Source: Cyanophora paradoxa CCMP329 (lineage: Eukaryota; Plantae; Glaucophyta). From it: 64,000 nt of DNA. How positions within the stretch are numbered: the first letter of the stretch is position 1; the number at the start of each line of letters is the position of its first letter. The notes below the pieces were generated by a model that saw nothing but the letters and a program-made list of their open reading frames with translations, was not told the DNA's origin and ran no database searches. The DNA lies in the NCBI GenBank assembly GCA_004431415.1, contig QPMI01000496.1, positions 310,001 through 374,000 of the forward strand, in the 5' to 3' direction. Below are positions 34,810 to 48,200 of this stretch, piece by piece. The position numbers and the translations under genes were made by a program.

Positions 34810-36081
34810 CTAGAGCCTGGCCTCCATGCGGATGCCCTCGAGGATCTTGAGGAAGACGGGCGCCATGGCCGCCGTCGACGCCGTGATCACGAAGGGCCGC
34901 AGCTTCCCCTGCGGCCCCGGCGGCGGCGGCGGCGGCGAGCGTGAGAGGAGGACGAAGAAGAGGAAGAGGGCTAGACGAGGTGATTGATAAGGGCGCGCCT
35001 GCTCCTTGTAGTACTCGCGGATGGGCCCGGCGATCTCGCCCGCCACTTTCAGCCGTGCACGCGCCACCTCCTCCCTGTCGTCGTCCCTCTGCGAAGGAGT
35101 CTCGGGATCGAATTCGATCCGGGTTAAAAGTGGGAGGGGTACGCGCGCGCGCCTGGATGAGCTTCGCGCCGCAGCCGTCGCAGAGGCCCTCGCGCTTGGG
35201 GAGCATCGGGGGCATGTCCATGCCCGCCAGCTTGACGTGCGCCACGTTGTAGTTGTTCCCGCACGACGGGCACACCCTGCGCAAGGTCAAGGGGACGGAG
35301 GGCGCGGCGGGTTCGGCGGCGCGGGCGGGCGAGCGAGCCTGCGGCCCGCGATCTTCGCCATGATGACCTCTGCGGAGTGCGGCGGGCGGGCGGGCGACGG
35401 TCACAGCGCGCGGGGCGCGCAGCGGGAGGGGCGGAGGGGCGCGCCTTCGTTCAGAATGAACTCTACGGCAGCGTCGATGGGGATGCGCTGGTCCAGGAAG
35501 CGCGCCTGCGAGACCCTGCCGAGGCCGCCGCGCGGGGGCCGGGCGGGTCAGGGAGTGCGGCGCGAGCGCCGCGAGGCTCCGCCGGAGCGGACGCGCGCAC
35601 GCAGGGCCGCGCACTTGCGGGGGTACCCGTCGAAGATGAAGCCGCCCCGCTGGGCCGCGTCGGGCGGGAGGCGCTTGAATAGGACCTCGTTGACCATCTC
35701 GTCGTCGACCAGTCCTCCGGCCGCGTACGCCGCGCGCATACGCTGCCCCAGATCGCTGTTGCTCTTCAGCTCCTCCCGAACTGCGCGCCGAGGGATGAGT
35801 GGCGGGCATGTGTAAGTTCGCGGGATGGCTCGCGCCGCCCACCGAAGTCGCCGGTGGAGATGGCCGTCAGACCGAACGCCGGCACTGCAAGAGCTGCGCG
35901 CGCACGCAGACGTCAGCCTCGGCGTGCGCTCTGTGCGGAGCCGCGGACCGGCGTAGGTCCCCTTGCCCGATCCCGGCGCGCCCAGGAACACGAGGTTCAG
36001 CTTTCGCCTCGGGAGGACGCCCTGCGCCGCCGTGGCGGTCGCGTGGGCCCGCCGGAGGAGGCTTGTGCCGACAGCGGCCAT
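34810..36081 (-). CDS. adk: Adenylate kinase (probably organelle-targeted), multi-exon
   Basis: LVFLGAPGSGKGTYA, GGLVDDEMV, GFIFDGYPR, LID CPSCG..YN....PP...GLCDGCG; Arg/Ala-rich N-terminal extension. Confidence 0.9.
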
Positions 36082-36102
36082 CCCGGGTACTGCGAAACCT
36101 CC

Positions 36103-36903
36103 ATGTCGCTGCGGTTCCTGGCTCCGTTCCGGGGCGTCGCGGCGAGTTTCGTCGCTCCGCGGCGAGATACGCATAGTATCCCGGGTGCCGTGACGCTCCG
36201 GTGGGCCCGCAGCGTGACGATAGCGCCGTGGCCGGTGCCGGCGTTGCTCTGGCGCGGTCACCGGCCCGCAAGCAGCCCCGTACGCGGCTACGCAGCGGGA
36301 CCCGTCTCCCACGGTCCGCCGAAGCCCGCCGCCGGCGCTGCAGCGGCGCAGGCCGCGCCAGCCAAGGCGGAGGAGGACGAGGATGACATCACGGAGGACG
36401 ACGATCTGCTCGAGGACGAAGAAGATGAGGACGACGACGACGATGCGCCGCCCGTGCACACGAAGAAGCCGGAGAAGCCGGCGGGCCAGCCCCGCGAGAT
36501 GGACAAGAAGCCCAAGTTCGCGGCACGCAAGCTCAAAGTGGTGCGCTCGCGCGCCCGGCCCCGATCCGATCCGGGCCTTCGCGTCCGCGCCCACGCCCCC
36601 GGCGGCAGGACGACTCGGACCGGCCGCCCATGAACCGCGAGATCCGCGCGGCCAAGGTCATGCTGGTCGACCCGACTGGCGCGAGCAAGGGCGTCGTGGC
36701 GATCGCAGACGCGCTCGCGCAAGCCAAGGTCCGCCGCGCCCCCTGCCTGTCTCCCCGCGGCCCGCCCCTCACGCCCCCTTCAGGAGGTGGAGGAGGACCT
36801 GGTGCAGGTGGGGATGAGCGGCGAGGGGGTGCCCGTTTGCAAGATCATGGACTACGCCAAGTCCGTGTACGAGCGGGTGCGCGCGCGTACCCCGCCCCGG
36901 ACG

Positions 36904-36934
<31 letters not shown>

Positions 36935-37676
36935 ACGCCCCCGGGTGCCACAGGAGAGGAGGGAGCGCAAGCAGAAGGCGGCGGGCGGCAAGGAGATGAA
37001 GGTCGCCCTTTTCCCTCTGCGTGTACCCCTCGAATGCGACCCGTGCCCCCTCCCAGAGCGTTGCCTTCACGGAGAAGTCGGACCAGCACGACATCGCCCG
37101 CAAGGTGCGGTACCCGTACCCCCCGGCATCCCCGCCCAGGCGAGCTGCCGAGCGGCCGAGCAGATCGACACCTGCAAGCGGTTCCTTGAGAAGGGCCACC
37201 CCGTCAAGATCCAGATCAAGCCCGCCGCCCAGTCCGTCGCCGCCGTGGGGGGTACCCGGTCCGCCCGCCCGCCCGCCCGCCCGCCGCGACGTACCCCTCC
37301 CCCTCGGCCTCGCGCTCGGCGATTGAACAGTACCCCCACCCCGCAGGCAGCTGCTCCTGCTTGTGGTCCGGGAGCTCCACGGGGTGGGTACAGCGGACCT
37401 CAGCGACAAGGCGGCCCTCACCCAGGCGCGGCGGGGGTACACCAGCTCGCGCGCGCCCGGCGCTGACCTTCACTTTCGGCGCAGCGGATGCCGGTTGCGG
37501 TGGTGGCGCCGCGGCAGGCGGGCGCGTCGGCGGGCGAGCCGCTGCCCACGCTTCCGGACCTGCCGGAGGCGCAGCGGCCGCCCCAGTTCCAGCAGCACCA
37601 CAAGCCGGGGCACAGGCCCGGCCAGAACAAGGGCAGCCAGCAGCACAGGGGCGCCAAGCCCCGCCCCAAGAAGTAG
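36103..37676 (+). CDS. infC: Organellar translation initiation factor IF-3, multi-exon
   Basis: NREIRAAKVMLVDPTG..GVV...AL..A....DLVQV...PVCKIMDY, HDIARK...RFLEKGHPVKI; transit-like N-terminus MSLRFLAPFR. Confidence 0.88.
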
Positions 37677-37729
37677 GCCGCGGCACTCAGACGGCAGCTT
37701 AGAACTAGATTATTTCAATAGAGGTTCTG

Positions 37730-39131
37730 TCAGTAGAAGCTGACGAGGGGCTCGGCTTCCGCGCCGCCTCCGCATGCTCGCTCCTGGAGCAGGTAGACGT
37801 CGGCCAGGGGGGTACCCAGATCCTCCTCGTAGACCGTCCGGCCCTGCGGGGCGCGTGGGCGGGCCGGGGCGGGCCGGGACGGGGCTGCGCGGGGCCGAGC
37901 GGGCCGGGCGCGGGGGTACGCGCCTCGAGGGCGTACGGGTGGAGGAGGCGCTCGTGGAGCGGCGTACCCTCCCCCACGTCGAGGCACCAGAGGGACCCGG
38001 CGTCCGGCGCGGGTTCGGCTCCGCCGGGTTCCGTCTCCGATTCCGATCCCAGAAGCCAGAGGAAGTTACGTCGATCGAATCGGGCCGGGACGAATTCCAG
38101 GTCGCTCCCCTCCTGGCATCTGCCCGTGCTCTCCACTTAGATCGGTACCCTGAGTCCGGGCGGGGGGTACGGCAAACCGGCCAAGGTAGAAGGGGAAAGA
38201 GGTGGGGTCCTCCTCGTCGTGCCGGGGGTACTCCTGCGAAGCGTGTGGGGGGTACGGGCGCGGCGGAGACCGCGCATGTGCGCGGTGCACCTGGGAGTGG
38301 AGGAGCAGGCCGAGGGCGGGGGGGTACGGGGATGCAAATAGGTGCCCGTGATGCAGGTCGAAGCGCGAGAGCTGAGGGCGGGGTCTAAGCGCGGTATCCC
38401 TCCTGCTCGCCCGCCCTACCCTCCCCGCACACCCGGACGGGGTACAGGGGGTTGGCAGCGACGTCGCGGAAAAGGAGTGCGAAGAAGGAGGCCAGGAGGG
38501 GATCCCTAAAAGGGTGGCTGGGTACGCGAACGGTCTTCAAAGAAGCCCGGGGTACCGCGAAACGGATCGAGGCGCGCGCACCAGATCGGGGACTTGGTGA
38601 GGCAGCAGCCGGGGGAGGGCGACGGGGCGGGGAGCGGTCGGCGGGCGTCCGCGAAGCGTTCGAAGAGTTCAGCGTTTGTGGCGCAGCGCGCCGCCGCCCG
38701 CGCGAGCTGGTGGAGGCTCGGCGGCGCCTGCGCGGGGGATTCACATGGCGGTCAGGACGCACTCCGGCGCGAACCGGATCCTCAAGCGAAGGACGCGCCC
38801 GCGAACAGCTCAGTTCGATTCGCGTTGCGTACGCATGCGACCATGCTCGGCGCGTATGCCGGTCGAGAAGCGAGTCAATGAGGAAGCCGCCCCGCCGCGC
38901 GCCGCCGGCCGTCTCCGCGCGGCCTATCGATGCTGAAGGCTGATTGGAGATTGTATCTTCGCCTGCTGCTGCTGGGCGCCTGCTGGCAGGCTGGCGCCAC
39001 GAGGGCTCGATCCGACAAGAGCGCTCTCGGACCGACGGTCGAGTTCGACGGCGAACGTACGTACGTAGCGAAGAGCTTGTAGCCCACAAGGACGACCTGA
39101 GGGGCAAAGGGCCCGTGAACGCGGGGCCCAT
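37730..39131 (-). CDS. Hypothetical protein, multi-exon
   Basis: Exon-like segments (LLASFFALLFRDVAANPLYP; EYPRHDEEDPTSFPFYLGRF; VYEEDLGTPLADVYLLQE) with donor/acceptor signals; start uncertain. Confidence 0.4.
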
Positions 39132-39836
39132 CGCTTATCGGCGCGGGTGCATGCGCGCATGCGTAGCTGTACCCGTCAGCGCTGCATGCGGCATGCGGGC
39201 CCGGCGCTCGGCATGCCGCACGTAGCTCGAGCTTAAAAGTTCGCGAGCGAACGTCAGCGTTGACGGCCGGCAGCTAGCTACAGGGCTGCTCGCTCGCGAT
39301 CGCCGCCATTGTTAACGTTAACGTTATAAAAGCACTTATACGCGCGCGCGCGCAGCTCGATGCTCAATTTTGCAATTGCGTAAAATGACAAAATGACAAG
39401 CTAAGGCTACACGTACGCGCGCCCGGCGCCGCGGATCGCGGCGATCCCGTACGCGTCGAACTCGAGCTCGCGGAAGCGGCCGCGGACGGTGCGTGGCCGC
39501 GCGCGCGCGGCTGCAGCTGCGCCGGCGCCGATCGCGAGCTCGTGCGCATGCGCATGCGGGGCTGATCATGAGCGAGCCCGACCCCGCGGCTGGACCCCGA
39601 TCGCGCGCGAGCGCAGCCGCGACGCCGCTGATGATCATGACGGTGCCGACTCGAGCTCTAGATCTAGCTATAGATCTAGATCTAGATCTCTAGATCTGCT
39701 TCACGTCGGCCTTCCGTACTACTGTAACCGTAGTACAGCAGGGCCGACCCTCTGCTTGACTGCTCGTGCTCTGCTGCTTGACCGACCCCCATGATGGGCC
39801 CCATCTCGGCTAGCGCTGATGTAGAATGCACTACTA

Positions 39837-40000
39837 CCGTAACACACAATATTATGTCATGCAAATTTATGTCGTTTTAAAACCTGAGCCTTCTCAATGC
39901 GAAATATGACGTCCCCAAATTATGTCGTTCTGTCAAGTTTTAGGCGACATAATTTCGGGACGACATAATAAAGTACAGACCTTAATATTCTGCATTACGG
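39837..40000. mobile_element. Tc1/pogo-type MITE (TA TSD)
   Basis: TA|CCGTAACACACAATATTA...TAATATTCTGCATTACGG|TA; internal ATTATGTC repeats. Confidence 0.65.
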
Positions 40001-41559
40001 TACTGCTAGCTATAGCCTATAGGCTAATACTTCCTGCTCCGCGGCCGTTAGAATTTCGGCTGAAGCTAAAGAGGCTGATATCGATGCGATATGGATCGGA
40101 TCTGCTGTGATGAAATTAAATATGAATAAATAAATAAGCTTCTTATAATTAGCTGACTTTCTTGATGCCATGATGTCGCGCAGCCCTTCGAATTCCGGCT
40201 TCATGGCGGCCGATGTCGACGATCATCGGATGGCGTGCGCTGTTCCCCCATGGCCAGCTGCAGGCAGCGCTAGCTATAGCTCTGCCAGAGTGCGTGACTC
40301 ATATGCATGATCAGTGAAATCTGCAGCTGGCTGTACATTTTCCGAAGTTCGATCCGTCTGCAGCGCTAGCTGATCATGAGAGGGAGCCTCGGAGCACTGC
40401 GGCAGTCGGCACTGCCGATCCCGTCGATATCCCACGGATCATCGATATAGCGGATCAAGGAAGCGATCGCAAGTGCGAGAAAATTTTAAACAAGCCTCGG
40501 CGACGTCGGCGCCGGCGGGCCCGGCCCGTCAAATTCGAAGATGCAGTCGCGCGCGCGGATCATCCGCGCGGGGCCGGCGGGGGGCATGATCATGAGGGCG
40601 ATATCGCGATATCGGGGGGGGGGGGGGGGGGGGGGGGGACGGAAGGCGAGGCCCGGCGCGCTGCTAGCGCTGCTGCTTGAACTGCGCCCAGAATCCCCAG
40701 ATCTAGAGGCGCCCCGTCGGACTCGGAGGCCCGGGCCGCCCGGCCCGCGGCCGTCCCCGCCGATATATATATCGATATCGATGACCGTCGCGATCGGACA
40801 CGTGCACGTGCACTGCCAGTGTGACAGCTTCTTGCAATTGAGGTCCCGACTCGAGCTCCCGAGCTCGAGTCCCGATCGATTCCTTCGATCCGGCACGTCG
40901 CCGGCACGCGGCCGTCGACGTCCTCCGACGGTCCTTGTCACCAAATTGGCCAACTGAGGTTCTCTCAGTCCCATACAACGTTAACACCCTTCTGGGAGGC
41001 TGTGTCCAGGCTGTGGGCTTTTCCTATCTAAAGCTTGACGTGGGTCACCGGGTCTACCTAAAAAAGACCTTCGAATTCTGTCCTCTTATACTAGTATAAA
41101 TTACTAAGCTAAGTTGCCTTCAGAAAAACAACAAAATCTGAACAAAAGCGCCCGCGCTAACGAGGCTAACGGCGTCCGTACCGTACTAGTACTACTAGTA
41201 GCCTACTAGCTAGGCTAGCTGCTAGCGGCGCCTAGCGCTGCAGCCTGCACTGCGGCAGTCTGCAGACTCCCGAGTCCCGAGTCCGAGGCTCAGCGGCTCT
41301 GAGCTCGCAGGCTCGAGAGGCGCGGCGGGCCCAGGCGGCACTGGCATCACAGTGGCATGCATCACAGTGGCAAACAGCCAGGGTAGCGTCCGTAGCGATG
41401 TCTACCAAGGTATGCCGACCACTCTCTCCAAACCGCCCAGCCCCAGTACCTGCGCCACCCGGGAGTCCCTGGGTGATGTAACTGCAAGCAGTTACCGCGT
41501 GGGCCTCGCGTCCCGCACTCCCTGGACCGCCCTCTCGATCGTGAAATCTTTCCCCCGCA

Positions 41560-44239
41560 TGACCTCAACCGGCCCCAAGACCGGCTCCCCGCGTTCGCCT
41601 CCCCCCGACTTGACGCCCCCCGAAAATACTAGACCCACAGCTTCCATAGAGTCGCGGCAAGCCGCGAAAGCTGGGTCGGCCGCCGTGCACACCTCCAGAA
41701 CGCGCGCCGAGGCAGCACGCCCGCCAAAGTCTGACACGCCTCCCGGTCCGCAGAAGTCAGAGAAGGCCAAAGACCCGCGCCGGCATACCGAAGACGCGGA
41801 TGGCGCCCCTAGCCGGGCTCAGAAGTCCCCGGCTCTGGCCGAGTCCCTCCAGAACCTGAACCTCGCCTCGGCCCCGAAGATCGTCCAGAACCTCCTCGCC
41901 GAAATCCGGTCGAAGTTCCCCACTCCAGACGGCTCGCCGGCGGACCTGGACCAGATTCACTCGGCCCTATGCACCTCCCGTCTGGTGACTGCCTCTCAAT
42001 CCTGCGGCACGCAACCTGACCGAGTTCGCGACTCACACGGGCGCCCGCAGTACTGCCAGCAACTGCCGGCAGGAGCGCTAAAGCCGATCCCGCTCGATGA
42101 CCCGTACTGGGATTCGCCGGAGAACGCCCTGCGCTCAATCGTAGCGAACTGGATCTTCCACGCGGAAGGCACCATCCGGCGGCATGAAGAATATGAAAAC
42201 GCCCGGCTCGCTGAGGCGGCGGCCCGCAACCAGCAGCACGCGCAACAACAGCAGCAGCAGCAGCTGCAGCAGCAGCTGCAGCAGCAGCAGCAGCAGCAGC
42301 AACAGCTCAATCAGAACGCGGACCCGGCCGCCGAGGAACGCCGCCGCGCCCTCGAAGCCGCCGCCCTCGCCGCCGAAAACGATCTGACAGATGAGGAGCT
42401 CGGTGCCGCCCGGCGCCTCCAGTTCCGCGCCGAAATCGATGCGGAACAGCTACTTCAGATCGCCGATTCCCCGGTGGACGCCAACTCGCCGGAAGGTCGA
42501 GCGGAAGCTGAAAAGCTTCTCAATGCCGCGCTCGGAGACCTCGCCCTGCTGCGAGAGGCGCCCGCTGACTACCGCTCGATCGGCCGCACCGGCGAACGGC
42601 TCATGCTCCGCGTCGGCTTCACGTCGCGCGAGGCTCAGCGGGCGTTCTGCAGTGCCAAGCTCCCATGCGTGCGCCTGGGCTGCGCGCCACCCGGGACGGC
42701 CGCTGATTCGCCCCGCCAGTTTCTCTTGGACGCGGCCACGGAGACATACCTCGCTCGTCGGCCTTTCTACAAAGAAGAGCGTATGGACGACGAAGACGTC
42801 AAAAACCGAACCTTCCAGGCCCTTGACATACCCCTAGACGCGCGCACGAACGAAATCATAGACGGGCTCGAAGAGCTCATGAAAGAGGCGAGCCTCGCCT
42901 GCCATCGCGTCGGCGGACGGCTGATCCTCGCCCCGCCGCGCCAGATCCTGGGAGACAGCGCCGCGGAAGTCTACGACGAACACCCAACGCTGCTCGGAGA
43001 CCTCAAGATCGACTACGTGCAGAAGAAACAACGCATCGCGGATAACAACGCCAAACGTGTACGCAGTTGCCTGCCGCGGCTAGCGCGCTGGGCCCCTCCC
43101 GCGCCCCACTTCACGAGCCCGGCAGGCCGTGTTCACAGTCCCGCCGGCCCCCAAGCTCATTGCGGCCCTCCCGCGCCTCCACTCTTGGGTAAAGCTGCGG
43201 ACCCTTGTCCGCATCCGACCGGGCCGCGATCTCCCCCCGGAGATGACGCCAGCGAACGCGCTGACGCTAGCGGGGGTGCCGCCCGAAGCCAAGATCAGCG
43301 GACTTGCCAAGCTCCTGGCCTCGCTCGAAGTGGACCGTGTGGTCTGGTACAGCAAGGCGATCCCCGAGACCGGGGCAGGCCGCACAGTCGGGACCGCGGA
43401 CGTGCAGCGCTGGCAGGAGTCCCACTCCGCCTTCGACCCCGACCCCCTGCTCGCCTGGACGGCCTTCAGCCGCGTGCCGTTTGTCCACCTCGTCTTCCGG
43501 ACGGCCGACGCGCTTGCCGCAACCAAGCAGATCTATCTCGGCCCGGCGGCGGACCCGATGCACGACGACGAGGACGACATCCCGCCCAGCGAGGCGTACC
43601 CCGCCCGCCACGGCCGCAAGTTCGCGGGTCGCTATATAGTCGTCCCCTTCGAGGTTCCCCCTCGCCCGCCCGGCCCCGCCCTCCCCTGGCGCGCCTAAGG
43701 GTCTGCAGCGCTACATGTGCCCTGACTGCGCGGCCCCGGAGGCCCTGGACACGCTCGCTGGCCTTCTCAAGGAAGGGCGGGCGCTGGATGACGTGTCCCA
43801 TTCGCCGCCGGAGCGGGACGGCGACCGCAAGTGCAAGCCCCGCCACGACGAACGCCGCAAGGCCATCGCGGATGCCCGCGAAGCCGACCGCCGCCAGCGC
43901 GAAGAGCAGCGCCGGCAGGCCCAGTCCGGCGCCACCAAGCAGCGCCTGGAGGAGAGGCAGCGCCGAGCGGAGGCGCAGCGGGAGCAGGCGGCCGAGGCGG
44001 CGGCGACCTCTCAGGAGGTTCTCGCCGCGATGGGGGAGGCTCCGGCGCTCGGCCCAACACCTACATGGAGGCGGCCGCCAGGGGCGCGGCGCGAGCCGCG
44101 GGACGAGCCGCGGGCTGGGCCGCGGAGCCGGCCGGGGAGCGGGGCGCGGCGCCAGTCTGGGCGGCGGTGGGGCGAACCGGGGCGGGGCGCAGACGGGCCC
44201 ACCCCATGCCGGGCGCCCGCAGTCGACGGGCCCGTCTAA
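41560..44239 (+). pseudogene. Retrotransposon ORF1 (poly-Q, coiled coil), broken by frameshifts
   Basis: Successive frames 41352-, 43129-, 43715- read as one protein; CAG tract ~42234-42306; CPDC motif near 43715. Confidence 0.55.
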
Positions 44240-45276
44240 GCGCCCGCGAAACGCCTAGACTAGAGCTTCTCTTTCGTCAGCTAGTTCGACTGCAGCTGTG
44301 CGCATGTGTTGCAGTAGTACGTGAACGGAGGTGGCAGAACTACGCCCCGCCCGAGTACTGGTATCAGAGAGTCGGCGCGCGAAGACGGTGGCGGCTGTGC
44401 CTGCGCCACCCGCACTCGCAAGCCGACGCCGGCGCCGCGCCACGCGTGAGCCCAGCGCTAGCTTGGCTGACCCGGGCCGGGCTAGCCCCGGATCCGGAGT
44501 CCGGACTCCGGAGGCGTTGCCGGGTCGGCTGCCGCGCAATTAACAATCCTTATGACTAGGATCCGGACCATGCATATACACATGTACACGAGTCCCGGAG
44601 AATGGACCACACGTACCCCCACCAGAATCCACCCCGCCATGGCGACGCCGGAGCCGGCGCCCCGCCCGACCCTCGCGCAACTCATGGCGACCGGCGAATA
44701 CAATGACGTTACATACGAAGTAGCCGTCGACGACCCGGCCATCCGCGTCTTGCAAAGCGTCCTCGGCCTACACCACGCACTCTTCCACCCTAGTCACGGG
44801 TTGCTAGTGCTGCCGGGTACTTTCGAAACCATAGAAGCGGTCAGCTCAAACTGCCGCGGCCACGAGCTCTGGATCAAAGCTCGGGACCTCGCTCCTTGGA
44901 CGAAAGGCGGGCCGCGCCGCCGCGGACGCATTGGCATTCAATGGTCGGGCCTCGTGGGCCACCTGGACGCCCGGTGCGGAGGTGCACCGCCAGGGAACAG
45001 CCCCTCATCCCGTGCCCTTGCCGCCCGCACCCTCACTGCCTCGCACCGTCGCAGACACACCAGTACCGGCTGGAAGAGACCCGTGACTGCGCAACGCTGG
45101 GCAGTAAGCTGCGCGCCCTGCGCCCCAGACGCCGCGGAGGCGTCGACGGCGCCCCCTGAAAGACACGCAGGCCGCCACCCGTCCCCCACGCCGGCTCCAG
45201 AAAGGAGGCAGGACCGCCCGACATGCCCCCGCACACACTTGCTATCGGTAGATCTCCACCCCCTGGCTATCCCGCC

Positions 45277-48200
45277 ATGAGTGTGACAACAGCGGAACCA
45301 CCAATAACACTACGTGATATCTTCCCACCTGCCCACTACGCCCGAGACAGCCCGCTTGTGGGCCCGTCACCCTCGCTTATGCGCAACAAGCCCGCGGGGC
45401 ACCTAAGGGTGGTAACATTTAACGTGCGGGGCACGTCCGAGGGCCGGCTCCAGCAGGCCGAAGACTTCGCCGTGAAGTGGGGGGTCGACGTGATGGCTCT
45501 CCAAGAGCTCTCAGTCACGCGCGCTGAACTGCACTCGGCGCTCTTCACCCCGGCAGCGGAACCCGGCAAGCCCCCCACGAGCTCGATCACGCGAGGCCGC
45601 CTAATCCACTCAATTAAGAAAACAAAACCGAAAGGAAACGGAGCGGCGCTATGGGTGGCGGCGCCCTGGGCGCGGCACATTGCGCGTCACTATAGCTACC
45701 CGGGCCGGCTTGCCGGCTGTGAAATGCGCTTCAAGGGAAACCGCCAGCTCTTCGTAGTGAGCGTCTACATGCCGGCCACCCAACGGAAGCCTGAGCACAA
45801 GACCGATCAGGCGGCGCTCATCGAATGCATCGAGCGCATCTACGCGGACTTCCGATCGCGCTCGTCCGCGCACCTCATCCTTCTCGGCGACTGGAACTCC
45901 GTGAAGACGCCGGCCACGTCCCGCATCCGCGCGGGACGATTCGTCCAGTCCTGGACGCCTGAACGCGAGTGGTGGGGAAAGCTGTCCGGCACCTGGGCGC
46001 TAGTTGACGCGGCGTCACAGAAAGGCCACGAACACGAAGTTACCTTCATCAGGCGCGGCCCGAACCCGCACGGCGCCGAAGAGGGAGGCGGGGACGACGA
46101 CGCCGACGACTCGGATTCGGAACAGGACCAGCAAATGGACGGGCCCGCCGTCGCCGAAGACGCCGCGGCCCTCTCGGCAGGACGTATCGATGCGGTGTTA
46201 CACTCTGCAGGTCTCGCGCCAGCGCTCCTGGCGGTGCACCCGCTGCCGCCAGAGGTGGCGCTACCGCACCCCTCTGACCACTTCCCGGTCATGGCCGACT
46301 ACGATCTGCTCAAAGCCGAACTCGTCAGGCCGCCGAGGGCGAGGCCCGCCCGGCGCACCCGCCGCCGCTCTTCGCACCGCACTTGCTGGAGAAGGAGAAG
46401 CTGCCGGCCTTCCGAAAGGCTGTAGAAGACCGTCTGCAAGCTCTGGAAAACGATCTTGAGAAAGCGCTGGGCGCGGCGGGCACGGAACATGAGCGCAGGG
46501 ACCGGGTCAGCTCTCTCTACCGACAGGCCACGGAGGCGGTGCTGGCGCTCGCTAAGGAACACAAATGCTTGAAAGCCCGAGGATCGCGCCCGCCCACTCG
46601 CAGAACGGTGCCGTGGCAGCTGGTCATGTCCAAGAAAGTGGAGCGCCTGATCGCTGGATGGTCTGTTGAAGCGCCCGGAGGTTTGCCGTCGGCCCCGCTG
46701 GTCGCCCGGATCGAGAAACTGGAGGCTCTCATCAAAGGGCTCGTCCCCGGACCCGAACCCATGCCCCGCCGCCCCGTACGCGACGCTGACGACGAGGCGC
46801 CGTTCCCGGGGCGCTACGTAGCGTGGCGGCTATACTTCCGGTCGCTGAACGCGTGGCGCAACCGCGTCCGCCGGCGCCACCAACACGAGACGCGCGCAGA
46901 AAAGCAGCGACAGATCCAGGAATTCGTTACTGCGCGCCAGGCCCGGTTTGCAGACCCGCGCAAACTGCGCAGCTATCTAGACTCCATTCTGGAGCGGTCC
47001 AGGGGGGAGCCGATCATGCACGTCACCCGCCTCGCGCGCGAAGGCAACTTCTATGAAATTTACACGGCACCCGAGGAGGTGAAGGCAGTGATGGCGGAGC
47101 ACTGGCGTCAGTGGTGTGCGAAGAGAAACCCCCTGGTAGGGGGCACAGCGGACTCAATACCCGACTCCCAGCTAGCTTTCCTGCCCCCTGACTTCTGGCG
47201 CGCGCTCTACCGCCCCCTCGGGACGCACGTGGTGACCGCGGAAGCCTTCGCGGGTGTCATGACTGAACCTACGTACGAAGAACTAGGGGCACACGTGCGC
47301 TCGCTCACGGACGGAGCGGGAGGGCCCTCCAACTGCACGAACGCGATCCTGAAGACGCTCTGGAACCTCGACCTGCCGGACGCCATGGATCCAGAGGCGT
47401 ACCCCCCCCGCGGTCGTCGGCTCCTGATGGCCATCGTCTGCGAGGCCCTCCGCCTGCGCGACCTGCCCGCCGAGATGTGTGAGAGCAATATCTTCGGGAT
47501 CCCCAAGAACGGGAGCTGGGACGGAGACATTGAAGGAACCTCCGCCCGATCACGCTGCAGGAAGTTGGCCTCAAGCTAACGACGGGCCTCGTCACGAAAC
47601 GGCTAGCCGAGGCCATCGAGAAGCACGGAATCCTTAAGGGGGTAAATTATGGCTTCAGGAAAGCTAAGGCGACAGACGATGCCCTTCACCTAATGGTCGC
47701 TATTCTAGAGGACGCTAAGGAGCACCGCAAGCCCATCTACCTCTTGCTACAGGATATCAGGCGGGCGTACGATTCAGTTTCCTGGGCCAGCATGGAGCTC
47801 TCCCTCCGACGCATTGGGGCCCCGAGACGTACATCGACCTGCACCGCAACATATTCGAACGACGCCGGGCGCGAGCTATCACGGGCCACGGACTGTCAGA
47901 CGTGTTTGAACTCGAATGTGGGCTCCCGCAGGGCGGCATCGAATCCCCGCTCCACTGGCTCATCTTCTACGATGCCTTGCTCTGCGCTCAACAAGAATTG
48001 GACAGGCTCGAGCAGGAAAAGGGGGGCGCGGGGTCGCGTACGTCATGGGCGTGGGCGAAGACGACGCGGACTTCGCCCCGCACGGGTGACCGGGAGCGCC
48101 TACGCGGACGACACGCAGTGGATGAGCGGATCGGCCGAAGGGATCCAGATGCTCGCGGACGTGGCGTCTGAATTCTTCCGCCTGCACGACATCGCAGTCA

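Noticed and set aside
15000-39200. Most long Arg/Pro/Gly/Ala-rich ORFs in the six-frame track
   Set aside because: Shadow frames of very GC-rich, intron-containing genes; the real coding exons are short and switch frames.
41373-41500. Self-cleaving ribozyme at the LINE 5' end
   Set aside because: Two hairpins are visible, but no hammerhead or HDV core could be assigned by eye.
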